A DNA stretch of 61,990 nt, the filler included, from Choristocarpus tenellus KU-1152 (taxonomy: Eukaryota > Protista > Phaeophyceae), in NCBI GenBank assembly GCA_964200185.2. It is 11 parts of 11 records of this genome, joined end to end, with 100 filler letters (N's around TTAATTAATTAA, not from the genome) between each part and the next. Parts side by side here need not be neighbours in the genome. Positions count along the whole stretch, not along the records: positions 2,679 to 16,164 come from CAXNAD020001475.1; positions 16,265 to 28,191 come from CAXNAD020002067.1; 9 more parts are not named here. One strand, written 5' to 3'. Of the stretch, positions 13,382-27,135 are shown piece after piece. Positions within the stretch are counted from its first letter, which is position 1. Each line of letters opens with the position of its first letter. The position numbers were made by a program, and so were the translations under genes. A model generated the notes under the pieces. The model was not told the origin of the DNA. It worked only from the letters and a program-made list of their open reading frames with translations, and did not search any database.

Positions 13382-15556
13382 AGCGTCAGGTGGGATTCAT
13401 TGGGGCCGTCTCCCCATTCGCCCTGCTCGTCCTCAACCCATTATTGTGCTCCCTCGCTGACCGCTACAGAATACACAAAAAGGTAAGAGAGTTGAATGGG
13501 GTCGTATCGATTATGCCCCATCATGGCCAGGTGTTGCTGAGAATCAAATGGGCACGTAAAATACCTCTACCTCCAAGAAAACCGATGCGGGCGTTTGCAC
13601 CTTGCTAGTGCCAATATGTAGGATACGAAAAGTGCGGTGACCTCCTTTATCCAGTTCTTGTCGCACTTCGCATTCTATCCTCAATGGTAGATATCAGAGC
13701 TTGAGCATCTGATTGTGGTAGACTGCAAGCTGGACCAATAGTCTCACTGTGGCTTAATCACATAAAAATACGACCAACTTCGCAAATCAAACGTTTAATC
13801 TAATTTTTCCTCTCGTCTACAATGCCTCCTTCCTCTTTTCCGTGACATTTCTGCTTCCAGATGCTCCGTGTGTCCTTCTTGCTTTGGGGCATATTTTGCA
13901 CATTAGTGGTTTTTGTAGGAAGTTTGATTGCTGTGGCTTTGATCGAAACTGCTTCAGGGGTGTCTAGCAGTCCGACCTTCAGCCTTGTTAACGCTTGCGT
14001 TATCAAAGCATACGGCAGAAAAGGGTGAGAAGGATTTATCTTTCATCCACCAGAGCAATAGACAGTTTTTCCTGTTTCCTATTGAATGAATTTTGCTCAC
14101 AATTATGTCAAGATGGGGAAGTGACAAGGAAGTGGTGGATCATATCTCGTACCTGACCGTGCTCGGGCTATTTAGATCAATAGTGGTACGAAAGTGAACA
14201 AAATGGTGGAAGCTGAGCGCAAACTGTTCTTCTAGGCAGGGGTCATTCAAATGATCTTTGCAGCAGCTATTTTTCGTGTAGTTGTGATGTGTGGTTGGGA
14301 ATCTATATTTCAACTCGAGGAAAAGGATCGTATCATAAGATTCCTTGCGTGTCTTTACCTCGAAGTTCGTTATTGTATTCCTCTCAGGCGCAAAAAACAC
14401 GAATGAACGAATGGTGTCCAAATCGTTTGCTGCACCCTGCTTGCATGCACACAACATCCTACAACTTGGGAGAGGGGCATGCTAACCTTCTTGATTTACC
14501 GTTGAGGGATGATTGACTTGATGGGTCTGGATCCTTTCTATATTGTTGGATCCTTTTGACGTTATAGGCGCTGTGTAAGTTGAAGTTATGTGTCTTGCAG
14601 CTCATAGTGCTTTGAGATATTTTCCCTCCCCATAAAATCTACCATACGCTCTATGCCTTTTGCTATCGCTCTCTTGATAGGTACCAGGTCCAACGCGTAT
14701 GGGGGACACTAGGGGGAGCGGTTTTTGCACTTGCTTCAAGTGTCACTGCTGGTACAAGGGTAGGGTATACTGGTGTCATGATGCTCTTTGCAGGAGTAGC
14801 AGTCATGGCATTTTTATGTGCGGGCTACCTGCCTGAGGAAAATATGCACTACCACCACCAGCCCGACACTGAGAATGATGAGAGGTATGTTATGTTATGT
14901 AATAATTAGGCGGGGGAGTACTTTTTAAGATGTATCGTCACCCCCTGGACTACACAATTTGGTATTGTGAGTTCTTGGAGGATGTTAGTATTGCTATCAG
15001 ACTCGTTTGTTGTGCTGATGCGTAGGGACAAAAACTCCTGAAAAGGTGAAGCAAATCCGGGTCTTAGGTACTCCAATGAAACCTGTATTTATCAAGTCAT
15101 GCTTCAAGCTGCATATTTGCAGATGTAACACAACTGTCGAGCACTACAAAGTGTTGCATATACTAGTAGGGATTCTCCTTATCTTCATCATATCGGGAGA
15201 GAATTAGTCAATGGTCTATGCCGTTCTATTTTGTTGCCAAGTCTTACCTTTTTAAATTCTTGTTCGTAGGTACATACGGTCAACGTGACCTTGATTTGAC
15301 TCGGCCTCATCCCTCCTGTTTTGTATTTCGCCCTCTTTACCAGGGATGCTATGGGTACACTGTCAAGTTCTTTACCTTCCACCTCATCACCTTTGCCACC
15401 AAAGATAAAGGAGAACAGGACTGCAGCACCTGGGGACACTAGTGTTATGTCGGCAATCCGAATCATAATGGACTCCCCACAAATCGCATCCTTCTACGCT
15501 TCATCATTTCTGAGTGGTATGGGTAAAACCATCATTGATACCTTTCTCTTCATCAG
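13382..15556 (+). CDS. Major facilitator superfamily transporter, MFSD6-like, partial (exons ~13382-13482, 13861-14024, 14681-14884, 15344-15556)
   Basis: In-phase GT-AG exons: QVGFIGAVSPFALLVLNPLLCSLADRYRIHKK (MFS motif A), hydrophobic helices, GYQVQRVWGTLG (MFSD6-type YGxQRxWG) and SFLSGMGKTIIDTFLFI. Confidence 0.85.
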
Positions 15557-16264
15557 GTGCTGAGGGGTATGTGGGCGTGCTGCTAGATGGCCGTATGACT
15601 CGACCAGCAAACTGCTATGGTGTGGAAATTCTTGTACAAAGTTGTGCTGAAAGTGAAAGGGCATTTATATTCAATAGAGGGTGTACTAGTGGCCTATATG
15701 TTTTCAAAAGTTTGTACTTCTACCTATTGATGTTGACATGACTGCACAGGAAAATCAAGTATACCCAATATTTCGAAATGTTTTGAATGTTTTGTTGACA
15801 CCTTCACCCCTTCACTCGATTGAGCCCGATTCTTTATTTCAGCAAAGGGTTGGAATTATAACAAAGTATCTATTGCAGGATCCAAACACCAAGTCTTTTT
15901 TGTCCATGTTGCGTGATAACATGGTGTATGTATTTTGCACCAATAGGAAGGAAGCGATCAACACAGGCTACTACTGGACAGAGTTCAAGGTATTCCTACT
16001 TTTGACAGACCTTCTCTGTCCTCTTTGTTAAAACATAGGCTACTCATTTGTTTCTTGTTGATATGATACACATACTACCAGCTTGTACTGACTGTTGATT
16101 GGTGCACTGCGCTGGTTGTTAGTGTTCATTTAATAATTGCGCATTCCAACTCATCATCACATCGNNNNNNNNNNNNNNNNNNNNNNNNNNNNNNNNNNNN
16201 NNNNNNNNTTAATTAATTAANNNNNNNNNNNNNNNNNNNNNNNNNNNNNNNNNNNNNNNNNNNN

Positions 16265-16416
16265 TCCTTGTTCCGAACACACCTTTTCATAACGTACACA
16301 TTTTACCAACTCTGAAACATTTCGGAGTAGGAAAATGTCGGTAAAAAAAAGGTAGGAAGCCAAGCCTCAAACGGACAAAAGGGGCAAAATTTGTATCCTC
16401 TAAGATACTTTCACTC
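16265..16416 (+). mobile_element. MITE family A, right half (contig start)
   Basis: Aligns with 59391-59649 and ends TATCCTCTAAGATACTTTCACTC. Confidence 0.85.
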
Positions 16417-19386
16417 ATAAATGTGAAAGACCCTAACCCATTTGTTACCTCACCACTATTCAAGTTGTACAACTGCCTTCCTGTGACTCCAATCTACCTA
16501 CTACTACTATTGTTAGAGGATTGAAGACATTCTTTTATTTCATACTCCACATACACATACGTAGCAACCAAACTACTACATTATTCTTCATGCATAATAA
16601 TAAAAGTAAACGATAGCCACCGAAGAAGTTGACACAGTAACGGCATCTCCTCAGAGTTGTGACAGTGCTTTTAAACCATGTAAATGATATGCACTCAGGA
16701 GCATATGTATATATATATATTCTTTGCATTATATATATAGCTAGCTACATCCCTTGACCCCACCGCTGGCAGCCTATAATCACCATAACAACACACAGAA
16801 CACTAGCTGTCTGTCACCAACCACAAGGCAAATGAATGAACTTAACATATTTACTATTCACTAGCTTAGCCTCCAAGTTTTGGGTGCAGCGGCAACATCC
16901 TCCTACAACATACCAGAAAATATTAAGGCAGCAAAGCCTCAGAGACGGAAAGAAATGATATTGTAAGAGAGAGTGAATGAAACGTAATCAAAGAACCCTC
17001 TATGCATTAAGTAAAAGACCGGCTGGGATCACAAATTCAGCTAGGAATCCAACCCTTCGATGGAGTGTGTAGTACTGCTCCATATATGGACTCAAACCAA
17101 TAAATGCACAGAACAGTGAAACACGTAAGACTGAGCCCAACACCAAAAAAATGGACATAAAACAACACATAGTTAAGCACAAGAAAATAGATTACAACAA
17201 GCACATGCTATACTACGTATTGTAACCAGCGCCACTGGTTTAGCCTATCCAACACATAAAGGCACAATGGTAACAAGAAACAACTTGCACATGCATTCGA
17301 AGAGAGGAGTGTACCCTAAGTTTATCAGTAAGGACACAAAATGACAGCCACACCAAAACACCAAAAAAAACAATCACACTCACAAATAACATTATATCCT
17401 GTCTCCCACTCACTGTTTTCCAACCACTTATCAGGACTACACCTCCTTCACTTTTGTTCATTGTATGAATCACAACAGTCCATACAACCACGGTCAAAAT
17501 AATGGGGGAGTCACAAAGAGCTTCGGAAATGACATATCCACTCCGCTATGTCTCTCCCAATCCACTGCGTCTACTATCTACGTGTTATTATACTAATATT
17601 ACCTACAACGTTGCTTAAACCTTGCCCTCATCTTTGACTGTGTTTTAGGATGTGCCAAAGTATATAGCCCTTAGCTCACTCCATCAATTGATTGCGAACA
17701 CCAATGAAAAGGTACACCTCACACACAGTCAATACTGAGCACAAAGCACACCAACCAGCACAACGACACTCAAATCTGTTTCATGGTAACTCCCATAAAC
17801 AAGAAAGTCACATACGATATGCCCATCTCAATCTCACTCATGCAAACAACCCACGGGCACACCCACACACTCGAGCATGCATTCATCACCAAAGTACATC
17901 AAAAACTGACACCCCTAGAGATAAAAAATTACTTTGCAGAATAGCACAGTGTTGTGACGCAGTCGTCATCAGGGACCTTGATTTTCAAGGTCAGTATCAC
18001 ACAACCTCCTGGTTGAAGAACAACAGATATAGACAAATGACACACATACCAACACTTGCATACACAAAGGACAATATAACAACCAGTGAAATATAACAAA
18101 ATGAAAAAATCATTGTCATTGCCCAGCCCGCAGAATTGATACCCCTTCAGGAAAATTCAAAAACAGATAAAAGTGACGGAAGAGGAAAAAAAAAATGTCG
18201 TTCAAATGCAGGAACATGCACAACACAAACAGGCCAGAGCTAACAGTACAAGTCCCCCACACTATCAACATTTAGTTCTGCCCTCCTCCCCCCCCCCCCC
18301 CCCCCCCACACCCAAAAACAAACCAAAAAGCCCAGCCCCCCCCCACGCCCCAACCAAAAACAAACANNNNNNNNNNAAGTCCCCCACACTATCAACATTT
18401 AGTTCTGCCCTCCTCCCCCCCACCCCCCTCCAAAGCACAAAACATCAAACAATGAGGCTGAACTCCTCTGAGTGCCAAACAAACAAGAGGCATCGATATT
18501 TTTGCCAAGGAGTTGTGCAAATTGAATGCTCCTGCTGACAAGCACAACGGGACAGGCACAGGATGAACATGGCGTATTCAATTTGCCTCTAACCTTGCTA
18601 GAGAGATACAACCCCACAGAACTCTACAAGGTATACACACCACCCTCTCCCCTCCCAACACCACATCCAGTTGTAGAACACTCATGTGAGGGGCACAAAA
18701 AATACCGTGTCCTTCCTGCTCACAATTTCAGAAACAATAACGAATATCTATACATCTTCTCATTTACTGCAACCCCCCCCATAAATATTCTTGTTCTTAT
18801 AAGAACTAGGGACTACCACCTAGCACACAGCAGCTATAAGAAAAAAAAAGAATCCAAAGATTCATTACGATGAAAACGTCCAGTCATCCCCTGCCTAGGT
18901 TATATTCGCCTCTCTCATCCGTCCCTCCAACTCCTATAGGCATGACCAGCAAGAGCGACGGTGGGTGGTGGGGTGAAGCAAAATTCTCAGTATTGACTCA
19001 TTGCTTCCTTTACTTTAGGACAAGGAAAAAAGAGAAATGAAAGGTGTCTGAACTGATGCCACAAACCCAACCTCTGCTGACAGTCTGCCTCATCTTGTAC
19101 TCATCAAAACAATACTTCTTGCTCTTTAAGATGCAGAGAGAGAGCGAGAGCGATAGAGATAGAGAGAGAGTAGGACTAACAGTCGGCCATTAATGTACTC
19201 GAGGAGGGACCGACCATAGTCCACATGGGAAAGTTGTCAGGGAATCATCAAGAGTCCAACCAGTCAGCCCCACAACAGCCAAGCAGATAAAGTGGTTGTG
19301 AAAAACAATAACAAGTAGGACAAGGAAAACACAGCGCTGACACATACAAAGACAAAAATAATATCACACGACAGAATCCATCCCTA

Positions 19387-22300
19387 TTATGCATAATCCG
19401 GTGACCCATTTGGATAGGAAGTTGCACCCGATATTCTGTGCCCATGGAGCTTGCCTAACTTGAACAGGTGACTCAGGCGATCCCCAGGCTGTCCTTCATT
19501 GAGCTCGTTGTTGTCGTCTCTGATAGTGCATCACATAATTCAAATGTGGGAATAGTCAAAATAATTAACAAATAATGCTGTATCTGCACACTACAACACA
19601 CACTTGCAAAACCCTGTTACCATATGGAGACCCAAAACCTTCTGTCACAACCTCAGCTACTAGAGTAACATATGCAACTCCAGTGCTACACAACGGTCTC
19701 TAACCCCCCCTCCACCCCATCCACAATTAGTGCTCACCTCAAGGCCTCCTGATAAACTTCGTATCCATCTCTGTCCCCCCTCACCAAGGACTGAGGCCGG
19801 GAAGAGTCCCAGCAATACCCTTCCTCATCCTCATCAGAACTAGAGTTGTCTCTGTTCCCAATGGGAACTAGACCTCGGGCCCAAGATTGACCCCTTGACT
19901 TCCCATCCGCAGACCCAAGCCCATACCCTGTCCTACCAGAAGGATCATACACGCCAGCAGGCCTCATCCCTTGAGAATTTTGCTGGGGTCTGTCGTCGCG
20001 TGACATGCCCAGTAGCCCTTGTAGCCGTGCTGTAAGTGATAAGGCTTGACCCTCACGGGCCACACGAACACTTGTAGCAAGCGGTGACGGCGGATCTTCT
20101 ACCTTCTGAGGAGGTTTCTTGGTGATTTTGAATGACTTTGCAGATTTCGCTCTGGAAAGAGTCGATCTTAAAGACTTGGACCTGGACCTGGACCTGGACC
20201 TGGACCTTGTTGGGGAGTCAGAGGCAATGGACGAAGGGGATGCAGAACCTTCGTCTTTTTGCCTCCACGTCTTGGACATGGGCCGGCATATGGAAGGGAA
20301 GCAACTCGAACTCCTTGACAAGACACCATTCGGCATGTTCCTAGAGCCGCTCTTGGACTGATGTGTTTTGGACAGTGAAAGGGGTAGGAGACAAGCGGGT
20401 GGGAGGTATGAAGAGAACGAAGGGAAATCATCAAGCCAAAAAAATTATTGAAAACAGGAAATGCACCACGATGCAGGTACAACAAGATCAACACACACAC
20501 ACACACACAGCAAAGGAAGAAATAGAGTAACTGCCTACCTACAATAAAACACCCTAACCAGACAACAATAATCCGAGCTTACAAATCTTCTCATTTAATT
20601 AATTGCTCACAACAAAGAGACCCTCAGCACACAGAAAAGCAAAAAAAATTACACCTAGGAGACTGGGAAACAAACAAACACTCCACACATGAGACACCTG
20701 TGCAACCACCCTCACCCGTTGAGATCTCCTGGGAGTCGCAGACATGCGTATTGAGTTCTCTGACATTCGAATTGAGTGCTCCGACACACGGTCCCTTCTA
20801 GTCTGGGAACCAGACATTTCTGCAGCTGCCTTGGCCCTCGCCCTCGCCCTGAACTCAACTGCAGCCCTGGCCTCATCCGTAGCCACAGCCTGTAACGCAG
20901 CCTTGGCCCTAGCTTCAGCAGCCACCACGTCCGCAAGCGCTGCCTCGGCCTCAATCTCCTTGCTGGTCATCGCCTCCCTCGCCAATACCAGACCCTTCCG
21001 GTTCTTTGCCCGAGTCCTCCGAATGGTTTCCCGCTGAGACATCCCAGAACCAGTCGAATCCTCACCCTGGCTGGCATGGCTTCCCTCACTACTTGTAATT
21101 CCGGTTCCTGTCCTCAGTCCTTCAGTCCATCCATGCTGACGGTCCCTTCCTGTGCGCTGACGGTTGTCCTTTCTTCTACCGCCACTCCTGATACAGCTTC
21201 GAGAACTATGACGCCTGGGGGATTCTGGGAGCTCCTCGTCATACACTCTGCCTGCACCTTCACCCATGGAAATCGCCCTGCCCTTGGCCCGAATGGCAGA
21301 GCGACGGCTGTGTCGATCGCTATCACCCTTGCCTGTATCACCATCATCGCTACAGTTGTGAGCAGGAATACAGAGAAGAAATAGAAGAGGTTGACGGAGG
21401 CAGGGGGGGGGGGGGGGGGGGCGTTAAGCGGGGGCAAGGGATTGGAAGTAATGCATATCTTAAACATAGACTGAGGGTGAGGGACAAGGGGGATCAAGAA
21501 GATAAATGAGATCACTCACACATCAACACAAGAAAAAAGTTAAACCTGCTTCCCCTGTAGTTATCATCACTACCCCTCCTCCCCCTGGACTTGGCAAGCA
21601 TCTCTCGGTCCGCAACAGCCACACCACTCTGGGGACGAGGGGGAAGGTGGCTGCCTGTCACCAATACTGAATTCCCGTTACCCTGATTTTGAGTTTTGCC
21701 ACCATCTCCCTGCTGAGGCAATAGTAGTGAGAAGTGTTGCAAAACAAGACAGAATCAAAGAGCCAAGGGACACACAAGGTGAGAGTAGGGTCTCATGGAC
21801 AAATATAGTATCTATGAAATGGAGGAAATAGAATTAACAGCTTGGAGAGCAGAGATCACACAAGGAGGGGGATTTAAACTGCATTATCAAAAATTCTAAA
21901 AAAGACTTCCTAATGTCAAATCACTCCAGGCTCCAATCACACTCACGAAAACAAAAAAAAATCCACCCACCCCTCTCACTCTTGCCCCTTACACCTCCGC
22001 AACAATTATGAAACATTTACAATTTGTAAGTCACCAGAGTTCTCACCTTTCCCATACTACTAGCCCTGTTCTTGGAGGAATGCCCAGCCTTTCCCAAGGA
22101 ATTGGGCCTCGGGACACCCCCCCCCTTGCTCATTTGTTTCTGCTTGGCAGCCTTTAGCAACTCCTCTCGCTCCACAGTGGACTTAAAGGTCACCGCAGTT
22201 TGCACAACTGGGGTCTTCTTCTTCATCAAATGGTACTGAAGCGGGAGGTTCTCCATGCTGTCGATGGAGTCAACAGATCTCACTGAGACCGGACGAAGCA

Positions 22301-25300
22301 TCTTCTCCTGGTTGCGTTGTCTCTCCTCAAAAAGTATGCTCAAGTCTTCCTCTTCATCATACAAATCCGGAGACTGCCGACCATGTGACCCACTCCGAGG
22401 AGGTTGATTCGGTATCCAGGGTTCCCCTGAGTCCTCCTCGTCTGCATCATCCTCACCCCCACCCCATGTACCTTCATGATTGCGTTGTTGTGGCGCATGC
22501 GACGTCATCCAAACAGCTCCCAGTTCGTCATCCTCATCAATCTCCTCTCGCACAGACCATGTGCTTGGCCGGGTGAAAGACACCGGTCGACCCCCTGAAG
22601 CGTAGGCCAACGCTAGGGCCTCATCCTCCCCATCCATCCAGCTACCAACACGGCTAACAAAGATATCACCCATGCCAGCACCTTTATCATCATCCACTGA
22701 ACCTTGAGCGTGCAGGTAGGAGAGAACACCTGATGTGCTCCTGGATAGATCACGTACTAACTTATGATCGTCACCTCGAGGAGATGGACTTGGTGAAGCA
22801 CTATCTCCAAAGCTCGAGAGCATATCTGTGGAACCCCTTTGTTTCTCTGCTAAAAATGCCCCACCATCACCAGTACCCTCCAAAGACTTCCTCGTGTTTA
22901 CACTACTAAAGTCTGGGTGAACGTTGGCATCATAGTCATTGTCCTCATCATCGATTTCCTCTCCCCAGTCCATCCCATTGTCAGCAAATGACATCCCACT
23001 CATGGAACTGCCAAAGCTCGAAAGCATCTTGCTCCTTGACAGGTGTTGGCGAAGACGTTTCGGAAGGGTTGAGGCTGCTACTGCCTCATCAGCAGCTACA
23101 GGTGTTCCAGGCAAGACACCAGGGGTCAATCTTATTTCATCTACAGAGGTCACAATGGAGGGCATCCCTATTGGGCTCTTCACATGCCCCCCCCCTAGAG
23201 GAGGCAATCCCCTCCCCTTTAAAGGCAACGATACAGGTCTTGGCCTGCTTGTGAGTTTCGCCGCAACAACCTCTGCCACCCTTTCCCCCTTGGGAACAGA
23301 AACAGTGTTACGTGGGTTGCCATTGCTCCCATTATCCGACACCCCCCATGCAAGAGTTGTAGGCGCCCCAGTCTCTGGCATACCTGGCAGAGACTCATTA
23401 TTGGAGTTCTGGGCGCTTGCCAGTGCTCGAACAAGCTCCTCCTGGTCCTCCTCTTCCTCAAAGGACTTCCGATCCAAGCCTGGAACAACCTCTTCAATAT
23501 TTATCATATCAAGTTGTTCTTTGAGCGTATCGAGAGATATTCCTCTCTTCTCTTCTTCTCCTTTCCGACCTTCGTCCACTGCTTCTCCCCCTCCACCATC
23601 CCCACCACCCTTGTCATTCTCATAATCAGAACCAAACACAGATCGGTCCACTGTGACAGAAGTTGTTGGATGGGGTGACTCCGGACGCAACCAGGCTTTC
23701 CCACTTCCCACCGGTTTCCCTTCACCACGTCCCTCCCTTGTAGATCTTTCCTCTCCACCTCCCCCATTGGTCGATTTTGAATTGCCATCGGAGGGCACAC
23801 TGGTAGTTTCATTGCCATTGTTTCCATCAACCCTTCTTCCTCCAGCATCATCACCGCCACCGTTGTTCTGCCTGATCTTGGCAGCCCCGCCACCCTTAAT
23901 TTGCCCCCCTCGAAGATGTAGTAATGCTTCTGGTGGCAAGATGACCACAGGTCCACTGGATAACCCATGAGGGGAGGTGACAAAGACAGATTCCTCCGCA
24001 GGGGAAAGAGCAAAGGCTGGTCTACCCAAATGAGCAGACTCACCTACCAAGGCCATATCAAGAGGGACGGGCAATTGGTTTCGTGACTTGCCCCATCGAG
24101 ACATTTGGTCAGCGCTAGCCGAACCCCCAACCCCTGAAACATTCACGGGCGAGCCTGGTTCAAGAGGGAAAGTAGGGCTCATGCCATCGATATGCGTCGA
24201 GTTGCTCGTCACAGATATTGCGGAAGGGGCAGTTCGGTACTTCCTCCTCACAGTGACTGTTGATTGTACAGGGGTATCTGCGGTGGAGCAGCCCACCTTC
24301 ACGCGTAGTTTCTTAGGATCGAGGTCACCGTTCTGAGGAGGGGGGGTTGGGGATTTATGTGTGTTATGGATTGTGTCCATCGCATTGATGCATAGGTTAC
24401 TGGGTATGCAAAACCCTGGGTGCTCAAATATGGGAATGCCTCGAGGAAAAGAATCGACTCCCACAACCACGCGAGAAGATGGCTAGCGCAAGCATCAGCG
24501 AACCCGTTTGTAAAAAATCATGATGGGCATGCTTATATGTATGTGACTAACAAAATACAGAAGATAACACTTGAAGCAGATTATGATTATATCGCACAAA
24601 CTCACGGAGGGGGTTTCCACCGTGCTCTTGCCAGGTTCCTCTCCCATGGCAACACCTAAGCCTTGTCCGACGCTTGTCGTATCCTGTTACGGGCATCTCA
24701 ATGGTTAGCCATAGAAAATATTTTTTTCGAGGGAGAAGAGTAGAATATCATTACCGTCCATTGTTGAGTTTAACATGGTGCATCGGTTAACGAGACCTTT
24801 GCATGCATGAAGCATTACGCCAGCTACCTGTCACATTTCGCAACTTAATGTCAACACTGGAAAAGGTGCAAATGTGGAAAGTTTTGGTCGGGAATAAGAC
24901 TGAGCCAGCAGTCTGAAGTCCAACAGAAAACAGAGGTTAGGTTGACAGTACTACCAAGACATCATTACTTATAAGGGAGCCTAAGCATCAGTAAGGTACG
25001 ATGACACACGCTGAAAAATGATACATGCCCCCAAAATCAACATATTACTTATGCCAGTCGTTCCAAGGGCAGCAACATGCAACGAAAAACCACCGCCGAT
25101 CATCACCGACTCACAACGAACAAAAAAAGGGGGCAATGCAACGAGAAAAGGAGTGCAAACACACCTCGGACGGAGTAACTAGATTTTCCCTAGCCCTCTG
25201 GTCATCCAACCTTTGGAGCCCTGGCATGTCATCACTTGAATATTCCAATGTGCTCTCAGGTGGTGAGCTTATAAACAACCCAGATGAATCAGGCATCGCC

Positions 25301-25437
25301 CCTCTCCTTCCTCTCTGGTCACTATTCTCCTCCTGCTCGTGAGTTTCTTTGCTACTTCCTATCATGGACGACAAGAGCTTTGACCCCCATGATACTGATA
25401 GGGGTGTGCCACCACCATTGGCGGCTCTGTCGGGCAT
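19387..25437 (-). CDS. Unknown ~1400-aa low-complexity S/G/R/D/E-rich protein, 7 exons (25165-25437, 24606-24683, 22047-24332, 21546-21712, 20698-21349, 19738-20357, 19387-19519)
   Basis: The long minus-strand ORFs (817, 222 and 200 aa) join through GT-AG sites with consistent phases, from ATG 25437 to TAA 19387 (4209 nt). No recognisable domain. First and last exons are less certain. Confidence 0.75.
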
Positions 25438-25877
25438 TTCAAAAAAAGACTCCCTCTTCCACACCACAAACAATCTCCTCTAACGCACAAAACGAACTCT
25501 TTTCGAAGGGGACTCCTCCCGTCCACAAGGGGGGGCAGGAGATAGAAGTCCCACTATGTATCACGACAACCTGAGTGAACCTTAGAGTTCAACCTTAAAT
25601 ACAACCTAAGAAAGGTATCAGCAGACCGTTAGAACATAGATGAGTGGAGGTCAATAAGTATGATGTCCAGGGTTTGTTTAACACTACTTTAGGGGTAAAG
25701 ACGTTTAGATGGTATTTGACAATTTACATATACATTATACAAGTCTAACAAACAATTACAAAATAAGATTTGAAGTTTCAACGGGCAAAATATCTCTCAT
25801 ATCCCCATATTTGTGAGTGATCCAAAATGTGAGATGCAGTAAAAAATAAATCTCACATAACTATATTGAATATATTA

Positions 25878-27135
25878 TATTATTATGCCCTCTGATATTT
25901 CCCAGATGTGTCGGGGAGAAACAAATGAAAACTATATATATATTTTATTATTATGCCCTCTGACATTTTGCAGATGTGCAGTATAAGGCCGGAAAAAATA
26001 AAATACCACAAACAATACTATAAATGTGAAGAACACTAATTTGTTACTTCACCGCTATCAGTAATGCCTTCCTGTGCTTCCAATCTTACTAATCCTGCAC
26101 CCCGGGGGAGGAGGTAGGCACGCTATATCAATAAAACTTATGATATTTATTTCTTTAGGGCTTATACTGACAACTTATATTTTATTATTGTGTCCTCTAA
26201 TATTTTACAGATCTGTCAGGGGGGAAACCAATGAAAACTATACATATTGCCAGTATAAACCAAAAGAATAAAATGTCATAACTGCGTATAGTTAACAAGA
26301 TAAAAATAATAAAAATATAAATTGAATGGAGAATACACAAAAATAGATTGGAGACATAATTTATTTCTTTTTGGCTTGTACTGAACAGTTCTCATTGGTT
26401 TCCCCCCCTGACACATTGTAATGTCACAGGGCGTAATAATAAAAATACACATCAATATATTTTATCTATATTATTATGATTTTGACCTTTTACAGATGTT
26501 TCAGGGGGAAAACCAATCAAAACTGTTCACATGTCAGTAAATATTTATTACTGTTATCCTCGAACATTTTTGAGATGCGTCAGGGGAAAAACCAATGAAA
26601 CTACTCACACGTAAGAAAAATCCCTAAAATAGTAAGAGTGGTCATGAATGTGAAAGACATTCATCTATTTACTATATCAATACCAGGAATGCTGCATCAC
26701 TGCCTTCCTGTGCCTCCAGCGTACCTTAGTTCTGCACCTTAGGGTGAGGAACTAGGGAAGCGCTATGTATTATTATGACGTCTGGCATTTTACAGATAGA
26801 TGTGTCAGTTAAATGCCAAACAATACACATACGAAAATGTTCAAAGGATAATTATATACTAGTTATCTAGATCCTTGTGATACTGGTTTGATTTTTTCCT
26901 TAATACATTTGTAAAATGTGCGATGGCATAATAATTTGTACATATATTGGTTTTAGAAGGATGAGGAGGGTTTCTCGAACTAATAGAAGTAGCATAAAAT
27001 ATTATTATCCTCTCTGTCATTTTCTACCGATGTAATTTAGACATGGAGAAATATTGTATTCATACACATTATTATTATGGTCTCTAGCATTTTGAGATGG
27101 GTCAGGGAAAAACAACAAATATGTGACACACTCGT
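25878..27135. repeat. Cluster of ~10 degenerate ~55-bp hairpin-containing repeats in both orientations
   Basis: Consensus TATTATTATGCCCTCTGACATTTTACAGATGTGTCAGGGGAAAAACCAATGAAAACT. Inverted copies near 26385-26445 and 26883-26935. A further copy lies at 6093-6345. Confidence 0.8.

Noticed and set aside
22939-23625. 228-aa plus-strand ORF and similar overlapping ORFs
   Set aside because: Antisense shadows of the long minus-strand exon.
25878-27135. CRISPR array
   Set aside because: Repeats are degenerate, irregularly spaced and in both orientations. No cas genes, and the context is eukaryotic.
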